Counted from the first letter of the stretch, positions 51,595-60,928 are shown. The stretch: DNA of 64,000 nt from Thermodesulfobacteriota bacterium (GCA_029246845.1 JAQWMJ010000040.1:32001-96000); one strand, 5' to 3'. Translations and numbers: made by a program. The notes: generated by a model not told the origin, from the sequence alone.

Positions 51595-52530
51595 ATGAAC
51601 ATAGAAGATATAAAGCGATTACTTAAGAACAATGGTCCAAGACTTGCGTACCAATCACTCGATGGAATGAACTGGAAACAGCTAACTTCAAACGATATAG
51701 GGTCAAATCTAGATTGTATAAATTCATATCTGGTAAAAAATAACATGTTTAATAAGAGAGTTTTAAGTTTAGCGAGTAATTGCCTAGAATCTTATATATT
51801 AGAAAGTTCATTAATTAATCAAGGGTCTTCCCTTCATTTTACAACTAAGACAAGCCTATTAGATGTTCAATTTAATTTAAAGTTTGATATTATTATTGTT
51901 GATAATCTCGACGACATTAAAGATAATCACATACTAGAGAATATAACAAAAGATAGTCAAATCATCTCAATAAAAAACTTTAAAAGTTCCAAAGAATCTA
52001 TAGGTAAATCTATTTCATTGCAGAATATTTACAAAATTGGTTTACTATCAAAAAGAAATTCTAATGATATTGAAGAAAAAATAAAACCTATTCCCGTCTC
52101 TAAAATTTCTTTTGTTGAAGGGAATAAAATTAAATCTCATAGTCTAAAAGATCTAGAAAATTTTTTTGCAAAGAACGAATTTCACTTTAAAGCTTTAGAA
52201 GAGAATGAATTTTGCACGTCCTTATATCTAAAAAAAGATATCTTTTCAAAAGTATTAAATTTATTTTTTCTAAAATTTAGGTGTAAATTTACTAATAATG
52301 TTTCTTTAGATTCCTTAATTGCTAATATAAATGAAGTAATGCCAGTTAACCTTATAATAGATAGTGAGAGTTTGAAAAACATAACAAACCTCTGCTATAT
52401 AAATAAGGTTAATTTCTCTGATTTCACAGGATCAAAAATAAAGAAAATTATTACTTATGGGCTTCCTTTAAATCAAAATATTGAACTAATTAAAAAAGAA
52501 AAGATCATAATTATTGATCTTTTTGACTAA
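51595..52530 (+). CDS. Degenerate AMP-binding (long-chain acyl-CoA synthetase-like) protein
   Basis: Motif order resembles the FadD N-domain, but the P-loop YTSGTTG and the C-terminal domain are missing. Confidence 0.5.
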   Translation: MNIEDIKRLLKNNGPRLAYQSLDGMNWKQLTSNDIGSNLDCINSYLVKNNMFNKRVLSLASNCLESYILESSLINQGSSLHFTTKTSLLDVQFNLKFDIIIVDNLDDIKDNHILENITKDSQIISIKNFKSSKESIGKSISLQNIYKIGLLSKRNSNDIEEKIKPIPVSKISFVEGNKIKSHSLKDLENFFAKNEFHFKALEENEFCTSLYLKKDIFSKVLNLFFLKFRCKFTNNVSLDSLIANINEVMPVNLIIDSESLKNITNLCYINKVNFSDFTGSKIKKIITYGLPLNQNIELIKKEKIIIIDLFD

Positions 52531-53198
52531 GAATCACCAGAAATACTTTTCGCCATTGGAAATATGTCACTTATAACACTTGCTATAGCAATTGCTATAT
52601 CCATGTGTTCCTTCTGAGTACCATTAGAACTTCGGAGTTCTATATAATGAACCCAGCTCCTAAGAGTTCCATTCATATACATTCTGCTCACTGTATTACC
52701 CTCAGGTAATACGGACCTTGCTTGTTCCTTTGCTATACCCTGATCTATAGCCCAGATATAAGTTTCTTTGGCTAAATCTATCAACTTCCTTTGCTTTTGT
52801 TCCCACTTCTTCGCTAATTCCTCATCACTTGTTTCCAAAGAGTTTTGCCTATTCTTTGTATCTTGTAGCCTGGCATCCCTAACAACAAATGATAAGTCCT
52901 GGGTTGGATCCGCATATCTTTGACTAAATTCTTGAAAACTAAAAGATCGATGACGCAATATCTGTCTTGCAATATCTCTAGTAGTTTCAATCTCTATACA
53001 TGCACTAACCATTTCCAAGGGAGACCAATGTTTATTTTTTATCAAATAATTAATAAGTTTTTCACTAGTTTCATTATTAATTTGATTGGATGGATTAGAG
53101 ACTCTAGCGCAAAAAGCTATCAACTCCTGAACATTAGAGACGCCCTCACCAAGAAATTCATCTGTAGGTTTTGAAAAACTTACTAATCTTATTTTCAA
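52527..53198 (-). CDS. thyX: FAD-dependent thymidylate synthase
   Basis: HWSPLE, RHRSFSFQEFSQRY ThyX motif, EQARSVLP, QKEH. Confidence 0.95.
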   Translation of the reverse strand: MKIRLVSFSKPTDEFLGEGVSNVQELIAFCARVSNPSNQINNETSEKLINYLIKNKHWSPLEMVSACIEIETTRDIARQILRHRSFSFQEFSQRYADPTQDLSFVVRDARLQDTKNRQNSLETSDEELAKKWEQKQRKLIDLAKETYIWAIDQGIAKEQARSVLPEGNTVSRMYMNGTLRSWVHYIELRSSNGTQKEHMDIAIAIASVISDIFPMAKSISGDS

Positions 53199-53878
53199 AT
53201 TATACTATCTCCATAAGTCTCAACAAGTGAATCTAAAAAGAATTCGTTGGATTCATAAATGAAGTCAACATTATTCGAAGAAAAATCAAAAGTATCATAA
53301 TTTAGGGATTCTGAGCAAATAATTTTAATATTTTTCATTCTTTTCTCAACAATATCTATAAAAGAAATGGTAACAGGTGAGAGAAAATTGTCAGCAAAAA
53401 TTATCAAATTATCACATGAATTCAACATCATCCACGAATCCTTCATATCCCACTGAGAGAATTCTTGTCCAATAAAAGGAATGCTAGGTTTAAGTATATT
53501 CTTTTGACATGAATTACATACAAACTCATCTTTATTTTGAACAATTAATTGACTATCCTTGTCCATCCCACATTGAGAACAATAAAACCAACTAATATTT
53601 CCTTCAAGTTCTATAAGCTTTTGGGCACCATTAAGTTTCAATAAACCATCTATATTTAAATTAATTACTCCCAATATTTCTTTAGCTTTTTCAATTTGTA
53701 ATACCTTTTTATAATTGGATGATAATTCTAATAATCCGATTTGCTCAAAAACTTTAATGAAATCCTCTAAAAAAGAATTTCTTATATTCTCATCGGATCT
53801 AAATTTTTTGATCTCAGGACGTAATTCATAACTTAAAAGCATCTCCAATTGTCCATCTTTATAAAAATTTTTTTCCAA
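53195..53878 (-). CDS. Degenerate Sir2/CobB-like protein with intact Zn ribbon (probable pseudo-sirtuin); may start at 53899
   Basis: NLNIDGL..IELEG...CSQC...CNSC...LKPSIPFIGQ follows the sirtuin pattern TQNIDGL..ELHG...CxxC...CxxC...LRPxVVxFGE. Confidence 0.7.
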   Translation of the reverse strand: MEKNFYKDGQLEMLLSYELRPEIKKFRSDENIRNSFLEDFIKVFEQIGLLELSSNYKKVLQIEKAKEILGVINLNIDGLLKLNGAQKLIELEGNISWFYCSQCGMDKDSQLIVQNKDEFVCNSCQKNILKPSIPFIGQEFSQWDMKDSWMMLNSCDNLIIFADNFLSPVTISFIDIVEKRMKNIKIICSESLNYDTFDFSSNNVDFIYESNEFFLDSLVETYGDSII

Positions 53879-53898
53879 TAATATTACAATATCTTTAA

Positions 53899-54543
53899 TT
53901 ATACACCCCTAATATCACCCCAAATTATTTTATGTATTTGCGGAATAACTCTAACATTTAGATTGTCTTGAAGGACCAAGTCTACTAGCTTTTTTAAATT
54001 AGACCCATAAACTGGCTGAAAAACTATTGCGGCCTTAAAATTATTCTTTATAAGAATATTTTTTGCATATTCATAGTCTACTAAATCTTTGATAACAAAT
54101 TTAATTTGGTCTTTAATTTCTAGGTCTTTTAATAAATTTAAATTGGTTTTCTTTTCCATTCCTGACCCTGGGCACTTGCAATCCATACTAATAAGCACAT
54201 TTGGATTTTTAAATATAGGCATTGGTTCAATATGCCCGGCCGTTTCTAAGAGAATCTTATGATCATTTTCTAGTAATCTTTCAGTTAAATTTACCAAGCT
54301 TACCTTTTGGTGAAGAGGCTCTCCACCTGTTATGCAAATATGCTCACATCTCAACTTCTCAATTTTGTTAATTAACTCATCAATTGTGAACTCTGTATAG
54401 TCATTTCCTTCAACCGCGTACATGGAATCACACCATTTACATCTTAGGCTACATCCAAATAATCGAACAAAGACTGTAGGAACACCTACTTGTAAACCTT
54501 CCCCTTGAAGTGAGTAAAAAATTTCATTAATCTTTATTTTCAT
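53899..54543 (-). CDS. queE: 7-carboxy-7-deazaguanine synthase (radical SAM)
   Basis: EIFYSLQGEG, FVRLFGCSLRCKWCD, TGGEP, QIHK. Confidence 0.93.
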   Translation of the reverse strand: MKIKINEIFYSLQGEGLQVGVPTVFVRLFGCSLRCKWCDSMYAVEGNDYTEFTIDELINKIEKLRCEHICITGGEPLHQKVSLVNLTERLLENDHKILLETAGHIEPMPIFKNPNVLISMDCKCPGSGMEKKTNLNLLKDLEIKDQIKFVIKDLVDYEYAKNILIKNNFKAAIVFQPVYGSNLKKLVDLVLQDNLNVRVIPQIHKIIWGDIRGV

Positions 54544-55258
54544 AATTTTTTGTCTTTGGTAATTCCATTAAATTTTCTTGAACTGCTCTTTCTACTAGGG
54601 GATCTGGATATCCCGCTTCCTCAAAACCCCTGGCTCTTAATAAATTTGCATGATCATTTGATGTTGGTGGATACTTCCCATCATAACTTGTATGAGAAAA
54701 GGATAAGGCTTCCCAACATTTCTTATCAAGTCCCTTAGCCATTAAGACTATATCTGATTTCTTTAAATCCATAAGAGGTGTTAATATTTTTATCTTTCTC
54801 TCCATAGCCAGTGAAATAGTTTCTTCCAGACTTTTTACGAAATCTATTCTACAATCTGGGTATCCTCCAAAATCCTCTTGGCAGATTCCTGTAATCATAG
54901 TATCTATATCCATAGAGTATGCTTTGTTTGCAGCTAAAGAAAGAAATAATAGATTCCTACCGGGTACAAAAGTGTTTTGAAGCCCAGGGGTACAATCTTC
55001 CAGACTGGAGAACTGGTCAAGTTTTATGTTTTTGTTTGTCAAAGGTGATTTTCCAGAAAAAAGCGGGCCTATAGATAATATTTCGTGTTTATCAATTTCA
55101 GCCAATTCTGCGGCTTTCTTTGCAGACTCAATCTCTATGCTATGCAATTGACCATAATCGAAAGTTAGAGCTGAACATGTATATCCCTGACTAATTGCCC
55201 AGAATAAGCATGTTATGGAATCTTGGCCCCCACTTAAAATAACTAATGCATGTTTCAT
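54527..55258 (-). CDS. queC: 7-cyano-7-deazaguanine synthase, variant lacking the Zn-binding cysteines
   Basis: SGGQDS, FDYGQ.H..E, TFVPGRN, GYPDCR, TPLM; C-terminus SHTSYDGKYPPTSNDHANLLR has no Cys cluster. Confidence 0.92.
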   Translation of the reverse strand: MKHALVILSGGQDSITCLFWAISQGYTCSALTFDYGQLHSIEIESAKKAAELAEIDKHEILSIGPLFSGKSPLTNKNIKLDQFSSLEDCTPGLQNTFVPGRNLLFLSLAANKAYSMDIDTMITGICQEDFGGYPDCRIDFVKSLEETISLAMERKIKILTPLMDLKKSDIVLMAKGLDKKCWEALSFSHTSYDGKYPPTSNDHANLLRARGFEEAGYPDPLVERAVQENLMELPKTKNYENKD

Positions 55259-55285
55259 AAAATTGATAAATAATATTATATATTC

Positions 55286-55723
55286 ATGGGCACAATTAGA
55301 AAAATAAATTTTAACGATTTAGATGAGGTAAATAAGTTAGAGAAATCTATCTTTTCGAATTTTTGGTCTTTGGAGATAATCAAAAGCCAAATCAAGCATC
55401 CTGAATCAATAAATCTTTTACTAGCTAAAGAGACGCAGATTCTGGGGTATCTCTTTACACGTAAATATATAGACTTTGTTGAAATAGAAAGAATTGGTGT
55501 TCTTAGCAGCAAAAGAAGAAACTATGTTGGAGAAGAGCTTATAAAAAAGCTTGAGGTAATAGTTGCACTTGAAGGTATAAAAAAGATTACATTAGAAGTT
55601 AGAGAAGATAATCATTCGGCTATCAGTTTATACAAAAAGCTTGGTTTCAATAAAGACTCAATAAGAAAAGATTATTATCAAGACAAAGAAAATGCTATCT
55701 TGATGAGTAAAATACTAGATTGA
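55286..55723 (+). CDS. rimI: Ribosomal-protein N-acetyltransferase (GNAT)
   Basis: LEVREDNHSAISLYKKLGF...RKDYY...ENAILM. Confidence 0.85.
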   Translation: MGTIRKINFNDLDEVNKLEKSIFSNFWSLEIIKSQIKHPESINLLLAKETQILGYLFTRKYIDFVEIERIGVLSSKRRNYVGEELIKKLEVIVALEGIKKITLEVREDNHSAISLYKKLGFNKDSIRKDYYQDKENAILMSKILD

Positions 55724-57340
55724 TCCTTTATATCTTCCATGAACTGACTCTAATGCTGATGTCATCTCACCAATAGTAGAGTATTCTCTGACAGCTTCTA
55801 AGATATAAGGCATTATATTCTCACTATTTTCTGCAGCTTTGGTAAGTAAGGATAAACATTTATTAACTTTTTCATTATCTCTACTCTTTCTTAAAATCTT
55901 CAAGCTTTCATTCTGATTTTTTTCTAAGTTTTTATCTATTCCTTGAATAGGAGGTACTTCCTCATCCTCAGCTTTAAAGTCGTTTACACCTACAATAACT
56001 CTTTCTTTACTTTCAAGTTCAATCTGAAAATCATACGCAGAATTCTCAATTTCACTCTGAATGTAATTATCTTCGATACACTTAACCATTCCGCCTTTCT
56101 TTTTTATGATTTTAAGATATTCATAAACTTTTTCTTCAATCTGATCGGTCAAATTTTCTACAAAGTATGAACCTGCAAAAGGATCAATAGTGTTAGCAAC
56201 ATCACACTCATGGGCAATGATTTGTTGAGTTCTTAAAGCTATCGTTGCTGACTCTTCGGTAGGCAATCCTAAAGCTTCGTCAAATGAATTTGTATGCAAT
56301 GATTGAGTACCACCTAGTACTGCTGCCATCGCCTGCATAGCAGTTCTAACGATATTATTCAAAGGCTGCTGAGCAGTAAGGGTGACTCCACCAGTCTGCG
56401 AATGAGTCCTGAATTTGCAAGCATTATCATCTTTTACATCAAATTCTTTTCTAAGTATATTTGCCCAAATTCTCCTTGCAGCTCTATATTTGGAAATTTC
56501 TTCGAAGAAATTACCATGTACGGCAAAAAAGAATGACACTCTTTTACATATTCCCTCGATATCTAAATTCCTTTCTTTTGCAATCTCAAGATACTCTATA
56601 GCATCTGCTAGCATGAATGCCACTTCTTGGACTGCTGTTGAACCAGCTTCTCTAATATGGTACCCACTAACACTAATTGGATTCCATTTAGGTACAAAAT
56701 CTTTACAGTATTCCATTAAATCAACGCTTATTTGAACAGAAGGATTTGGTGGAAAAGCATAAGTGCCTCTAGCTATAAACTCTTTCAATAAATCATTCTG
56801 AGTTGTGCCCATTATCTTATCTGCTGCAACTCCTTGTTTCTCAGCTGCGACAATATACATCGCTAAAAGCATTGATGCTGTGGCGTTAATAGTCATCGAG
56901 GTTGATACTTTATCTAGTGGAATACCATCAAACAAAACCTCAATATCTCTCAATGAGTCAATAGCAACTCCAACCTTTCCGACTTCTCCCTTACTAACAG
57001 GAGCATCTGAGTCATAGCCCATTTGTGTAGGAAGATCGAAGGCCACGCTTAAACCTGTTTGACCTTTGTCTAAGAGATATTTAAACCTTTCATTTGTTTC
57101 TTTTGCAGATCCAAAACCAGCATATTGTCGCATGGTCCAGAATCTTCCTCGATACATAGTTGGTTGAACACCTCTAGTAAAAGGGAATTCGCCAGGCATG
57201 GAGTTTTTTTCATCTAAGTTTCCAGAAATATCTTCTTGAGTATAAAATCTTTTTATTTTTATATTAGATGTAGTTTGAAAGTCCTTCTTTCTTTCCTTTA
57301 ACTTTTCTTTGTATTTTTCTTCCCAATCATTCTTTTTCAT
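55715..57340 (-). CDS. Methylmalonyl-CoA mutase, substrate-binding large subunit (B12 domain not fused)
   Basis: PFTRG, WTMRQYAGF (Tyr typical of MCM), AFDLPTQMG, SGYHIREAG, SLHTNSFDEA; no DxHxxG. Confidence 0.9.
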   Translation of the reverse strand: MKKNDWEEKYKEKLKERKKDFQTTSNIKIKRFYTQEDISGNLDEKNSMPGEFPFTRGVQPTMYRGRFWTMRQYAGFGSAKETNERFKYLLDKGQTGLSVAFDLPTQMGYDSDAPVSKGEVGKVGVAIDSLRDIEVLFDGIPLDKVSTSMTINATASMLLAMYIVAAEKQGVAADKIMGTTQNDLLKEFIARGTYAFPPNPSVQISVDLMEYCKDFVPKWNPISVSGYHIREAGSTAVQEVAFMLADAIEYLEIAKERNLDIEGICKRVSFFFAVHGNFFEEISKYRAARRIWANILRKEFDVKDDNACKFRTHSQTGGVTLTAQQPLNNIVRTAMQAMAAVLGGTQSLHTNSFDEALGLPTEESATIALRTQQIIAHECDVANTIDPFAGSYFVENLTDQIEEKVYEYLKIIKKKGGMVKCIEDNYIQSEIENSAYDFQIELESKERVIVGVNDFKAEDEEVPPIQGIDKNLEKNQNESLKILRKSRDNEKVNKCLSLLTKAAENSENIMPYILEAVREYSTIGEMTSALESVHGRYKGSI

Positions 57341-57342
57341 AA

Positions 57343-58323
57343 TTAAGACACCCTAACTATGTTCTCTTTAGCCAAAGCTATTAATGAATCTTTATATTTA
57401 CTTTCATTTAAAGACTCAATTGCCAAGATTGCCTTCGAACTATAGTTACTTGCAAACTGTAAAGTTTCTTCTACTGCATTGTTTTCTAATACAAAATTAT
57501 ACAGAATATCTAAATTCTTTCTATCAAAATTTTTCTTTTGTAAGATTTTTAAAATAACTTTTTTATCGTTATAAGGTGCCTTATCTAATGCTATTAGCAT
57601 TGGCAATGTAACCTTGCCTTCTTTAATATCTTCCATTGTATGCTTTCCCATCTTACTTGAATCCCCAAGCAAATCTAATGCATCGTCAATTAGCTGGTAA
57701 GAAATTCCAAGGTTTGTTCCGTATAATTTTAATTTTCTTACTTTAGCTATGTCTGTTGTTGAAAGGAGAGCGCCAACTTCAGCTGATGATGAAATAAGTG
57801 AGGCTGTTTTTAACTTTATCATTTTAAAATAAATATCCTGGTTAAAAGTGACTAACCTTTTAGAAATCATAATATCCAGTATTTGACCATTCGCTAATTC
57901 AGATGCGGCATTAGTCACAGACCCCATAACCTTGCTACTCTTACACTTATTAATTAAGAAAAGAGACCTTGCAAGCAAGAAATCTCCCACTAAGACTGTT
58001 GCGTGATCTCCCCAAATCCTATTAGCCGACTTTAATCCCCTTCTAATCTCAGCCTGATCGACTATATCATCGTGAATTAAAGAAGCGTTATGAAGCAATT
58101 CAACAGATGCTGCAGCTGACAATATCTTCTTATCTATAGTTTTCCCCAAAGAAAGTGCAGAAAGTAAGACTATTGAGGGTCTAAGTCTTTTTCCTGGTTT
58201 ATTAATAAGATGCTTAATCACTTCAAAAGAAATCTTAATATCACTGGGAATTTCATCATTGAGTAATAATTCAACTTTATCAAGATATTTTAAGATAGGC
58301 TCTTTTATTGATGAAGAATCCAT
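57343..58323 (-). CDS. Polyprenyl diphosphate synthase (IspB-like)
   Basis: GKRLRP, LIHDDIVD...RRG, KTA, QLIDD. Confidence 0.9.
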   Translation of the reverse strand: MDSSSIKEPILKYLDKVELLLNDEIPSDIKISFEVIKHLINKPGKRLRPSIVLLSALSLGKTIDKKILSAAASVELLHNASLIHDDIVDQAEIRRGLKSANRIWGDHATVLVGDFLLARSLFLINKCKSSKVMGSVTNAASELANGQILDIMISKRLVTFNQDIYFKMIKLKTASLISSSAEVGALLSTTDIAKVRKLKLYGTNLGISYQLIDDALDLLGDSSKMGKHTMEDIKEGKVTLPMLIALDKAPYNDKKVILKILQKKNFDRKNLDILYNFVLENNAVEETLQFASNYSSKAILAIESLNESKYKDSLIALAKENIVRVS

Positions 58324-58388
58324 TTTTGTAAGTTATCAGAAAAAATAAATAAGTCAAAAAGCTAAAAAAATAATATAAAATATGGGGG

Positions 58389-58832
58389 ATGCTTATTTAT
58401 GATTACATTTTCGTCATATTAGTTTTAATTTTTGGTTTAGCAGGTTTCTACTTAGGGATTATTAAATCCTTCTCGAAGCTTTTCTGTTTGTTAATTCCAC
58501 TTTTTGTCTCTTTTGTAGGATCTAACGAGATTAATTCAAGATTAATCTCTGATTATAATTTTTACAGTGGTCCTGGGTCATATCTTATTTCAAGTATTTG
58601 TATTTATCTCACACTATATGGAATTTCTAAATTATTCTTCTTTTTAGTCGATATGATTTTATCTTATTTAAATCTGTCTTTGGTAAATAGGTTAATAGGT
58701 TTGATAACAGGGATAGCTTTAGGTTCTGTGATTGGATTTTTACTTCTACTAGGCGTTATGGAAATCTTAAATATAGAAACCCTTATTTGTAAAAAAATTA
58801 TAGGATATTTATCTTTTTTTTTAACTATATAA
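58389..58832 (+). CDS. CvpA family membrane protein
   Basis: D..F..L.....G...GII, NRLIG...G pattern; four TM helices. Confidence 0.7.
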   Translation: MLIYDYIFVILVLIFGLAGFYLGIIKSFSKLFCLLIPLFVSFVGSNEINSRLISDYNFYSGPGSYLISSICIYLTLYGISKLFFFLVDMILSYLNLSLVNRLIGLITGIALGSVIGFLLLLGVMEILNIETLICKKIIGYLSFFLTI

Positions 58833-59858
58833 GTGTATGATTCTAAAGTGGACGAGAAGTTAACAGCATACCAATATCTATTAAAAGAAAAGCTTTCAGG
58901 TGACAAAAATAGAGAGCTTATATCTCTACTCAAAGACCTTAAGCTCGCTGGTAGGCAGGTAAGTAAAGAGCTAAATACAGGAGCTCTAGCGGGTTCACTT
59001 GGAGATTATACTGGCTCCAAAAACTCTCACGGTGAAAAGGTAAAAAAGCTAGACTTAATAGCCAACAATCTATTTATAAAGTCGTTGGAAAATGGTGGGA
59101 ATTGTGCTGGAATCGTCTCGGAAGAAAATGAAAAAATAGTAATTTTTAATAATGAGAATTCCAAAAATTCCAAATATATCGTTTTAATAGATCCTTTAGA
59201 TGGTTCCTCTAATATCGATGTGAATGTTCCTGTTGGTACAATTTTCTCCATACTTAAGAAACCCAAAAGTTCAAAAAAGCTAACAACTAAAGATTTTTTA
59301 CAAGAAGGTACAAAGCAAATAGCTGCTGGTTACATAATTTATGGTTCGTCAACAATTTATGTCTTAACTGTTGGTAAAGGAGTAGACGCTTTTACCCTTG
59401 ATCCTTATGTAAATGAATTTTACGTTTCTCAAACAAATATACAAATACCTGAAAATGCTAGGATGTATTCAGTAAATCAAGGAAATTTTTTTGAATTTCC
59501 TCTTGCACTTCAGGAATATATTAGATGGTGTGAGCAAAAAGATGTTAAAACTGGAAGACCCTATTCTTTGCGTTATGTAGGATCAATGGTTGCAGATTTA
59601 CATAGGAGTCTTTTTAAAGGTGGTCTCTTTATATACTCGCAGGCTAAGAACGCACCTGATGGAAAACTTAGGTTAATGTATGAATGTAATCCAATGGCAT
59701 TTATTATTGAGCAAGCTGGTGGGCTAGCTTCTGATGGGAAAAAAAATATTTTATCTATTAAACCAAAATCAATTCACCAAAAATCCCCTATATTTATTGG
59801 TTCCAGCGCTATGGTTAAGATGGTTAGCAAGTATCTGAAGAGTAAGCTTTTTTCTTAA
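58833..59858 (+). CDS. fbp: Class I fructose-1,6-bisphosphatase
   Basis: [31 protein letters not shown]. Confidence 0.95.
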   Translation: MYDSKVDEKLTAYQYLLKEKLSGDKNRELISLLKDLKLAGRQVSKELNTGALAGSLGDYTGSKNSHGEKVKKLDLIANNLFIKSLENGGNCAGIVSEENEKIVIFNNENSKNSKYIVLIDPLDGSSNIDVNVPVGTIFSILKKPKSSKKLTTKDFLQEGTKQIAAGYIIYGSSTIYVLTVGKGVDAFTLDPYVNEFYVSQTNIQIPENARMYSVNQGNFFEFPLALQEYIRWCEQKDVKTGRPYSLRYVGSMVADLHRSLFKGGLFIYSQAKNAPDGKLRLMYECNPMAFIIEQAGGLASDGKKNILSIKPKSIHQKSPIFIGSSAMVKMVSKYLKSKLFS

Positions 59859-60928
59859 GCAATAGTTATTTTTTTATTTAAATAAACATCTTGAACGGCA
59901 TTTAGAATTTTAATACCTTCGTCCATAGGTTTTTGAAAAGCCTTTCTTCCAGTTATCAACCCCATGCCACCGGCACGTTTATTGATAATAGCTGTCTTAA
60001 CTACCTGAGCGATATCATTATCCCCAGAGGCACCACCTGAGTTAATCAAGCCAGCTCTCCCCGACAAGCAGTTTAAAACTTGATACCTATTTAAATCTAT
60101 AGGGTGGGTTGAGGTTAACTCTGAATAAACCTTCTCATGAGTCTTTCCAAAATTAAGTTCGGTAAAACCGCCGTTATTTTCGGCTAGCTTTTGTTTCACG
60201 ATATCTGCTTGAATTGTTGCAGATAAGTGGTCAGCTTGGCCTGTCAAGTCTGAGCTTAAATGATAATCATTTTTCTTTGTTTTAAAAGATGAATTTCTGA
60301 GATAAGCCCAAAGTATTGTTACCAGACCTAAAGAGTGAGCATATTCAAAAAGCTCCGAAACCTCCTGAATTTGCCTAGTACTCTCCTCTGAACCAAAATA
60401 AATAGTTGCTCCAACACCTATTGCCCCCATATTAAATGCCTGGTCAACTGACGCAAAGCGAATTTGATCGTATTGATTTGGATAAGTTAGAAATTCATTA
60501 TGATTTAGCTTTAATATAAAAGGAATCTTATGTGCATACTTCCTTGAAACAGAGCCTAAAACCCCCAAGGTTGACGTTATAGCACCACAACCACCTTCAA
60601 TTGCAAGTTTAACAATATTCTCTGGATCAAAATATAGTGGGTTTGGGGCAAAGGAAGCGCCAGCTGAATGCTCGACACCTTGATCAACGGGAAGTATTGA
60701 AAGGTAACCAGTTCCTCCAAGTCTTCCATGGTTAAATAATGTCTGAAGATTTCTCATGACAATATTAGACCTATCTGAATCTTTTAAAACTCTATCTACA
60801 AAGTCTGGGCCGGGTTTTATTATATTTTTTGAGTCTACTGTCTTGCATTGGTGATCGAGAAGATAACTAGCTTCATCACCTAATAGGTTCTCAATCCAAC
60901 TTAAATCATTCTTGGAGCTTTTTTTCAT
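59855..60928 (-). CDS. fbaB: Class I fructose-bisphosphate aldolase (DhnA-type)
   Basis: [41 protein letters not shown]. Confidence 0.95.
   Translation of the reverse strand: MKKSSKNDLSWIENLLGDEASYLLDHQCKTVDSKNIIKPGPDFVDRVLKDSDRSNIVMRNLQTLFNHGRLGGTGYLSILPVDQGVEHSAGASFAPNPLYFDPENIVKLAIEGGCGAITSTLGVLGSVSRKYAHKIPFILKLNHNEFLTYPNQYDQIRFASVDQAFNMGAIGVGATIYFGSEESTRQIQEVSELFEYAHSLGLVTILWAYLRNSSFKTKKNDYHLSSDLTGQADHLSATIQADIVKQKLAENNGGFTELNFGKTHEKVYSELTSTHPIDLNRYQVLNCLSGRAGLINSGGASGDNDIAQVVKTAIINKRAGGMGLITGRKAFQKPMDEGIKILNAVQDVYLNKKITIA

Noticed and set aside
52527..55258. queC/queE/Sir2/thyX read as a 7-deazaguanine DNA-modification island, Sir2 antiphage system or prophage
   Set aside because: No dpdA/tgt-like, TIR, pAgo, HerA, integrase or phage structural genes; the Sir2-like protein is CobB-shaped and lacks NAD motifs; queF in the window fits tRNA queuosine synthesis
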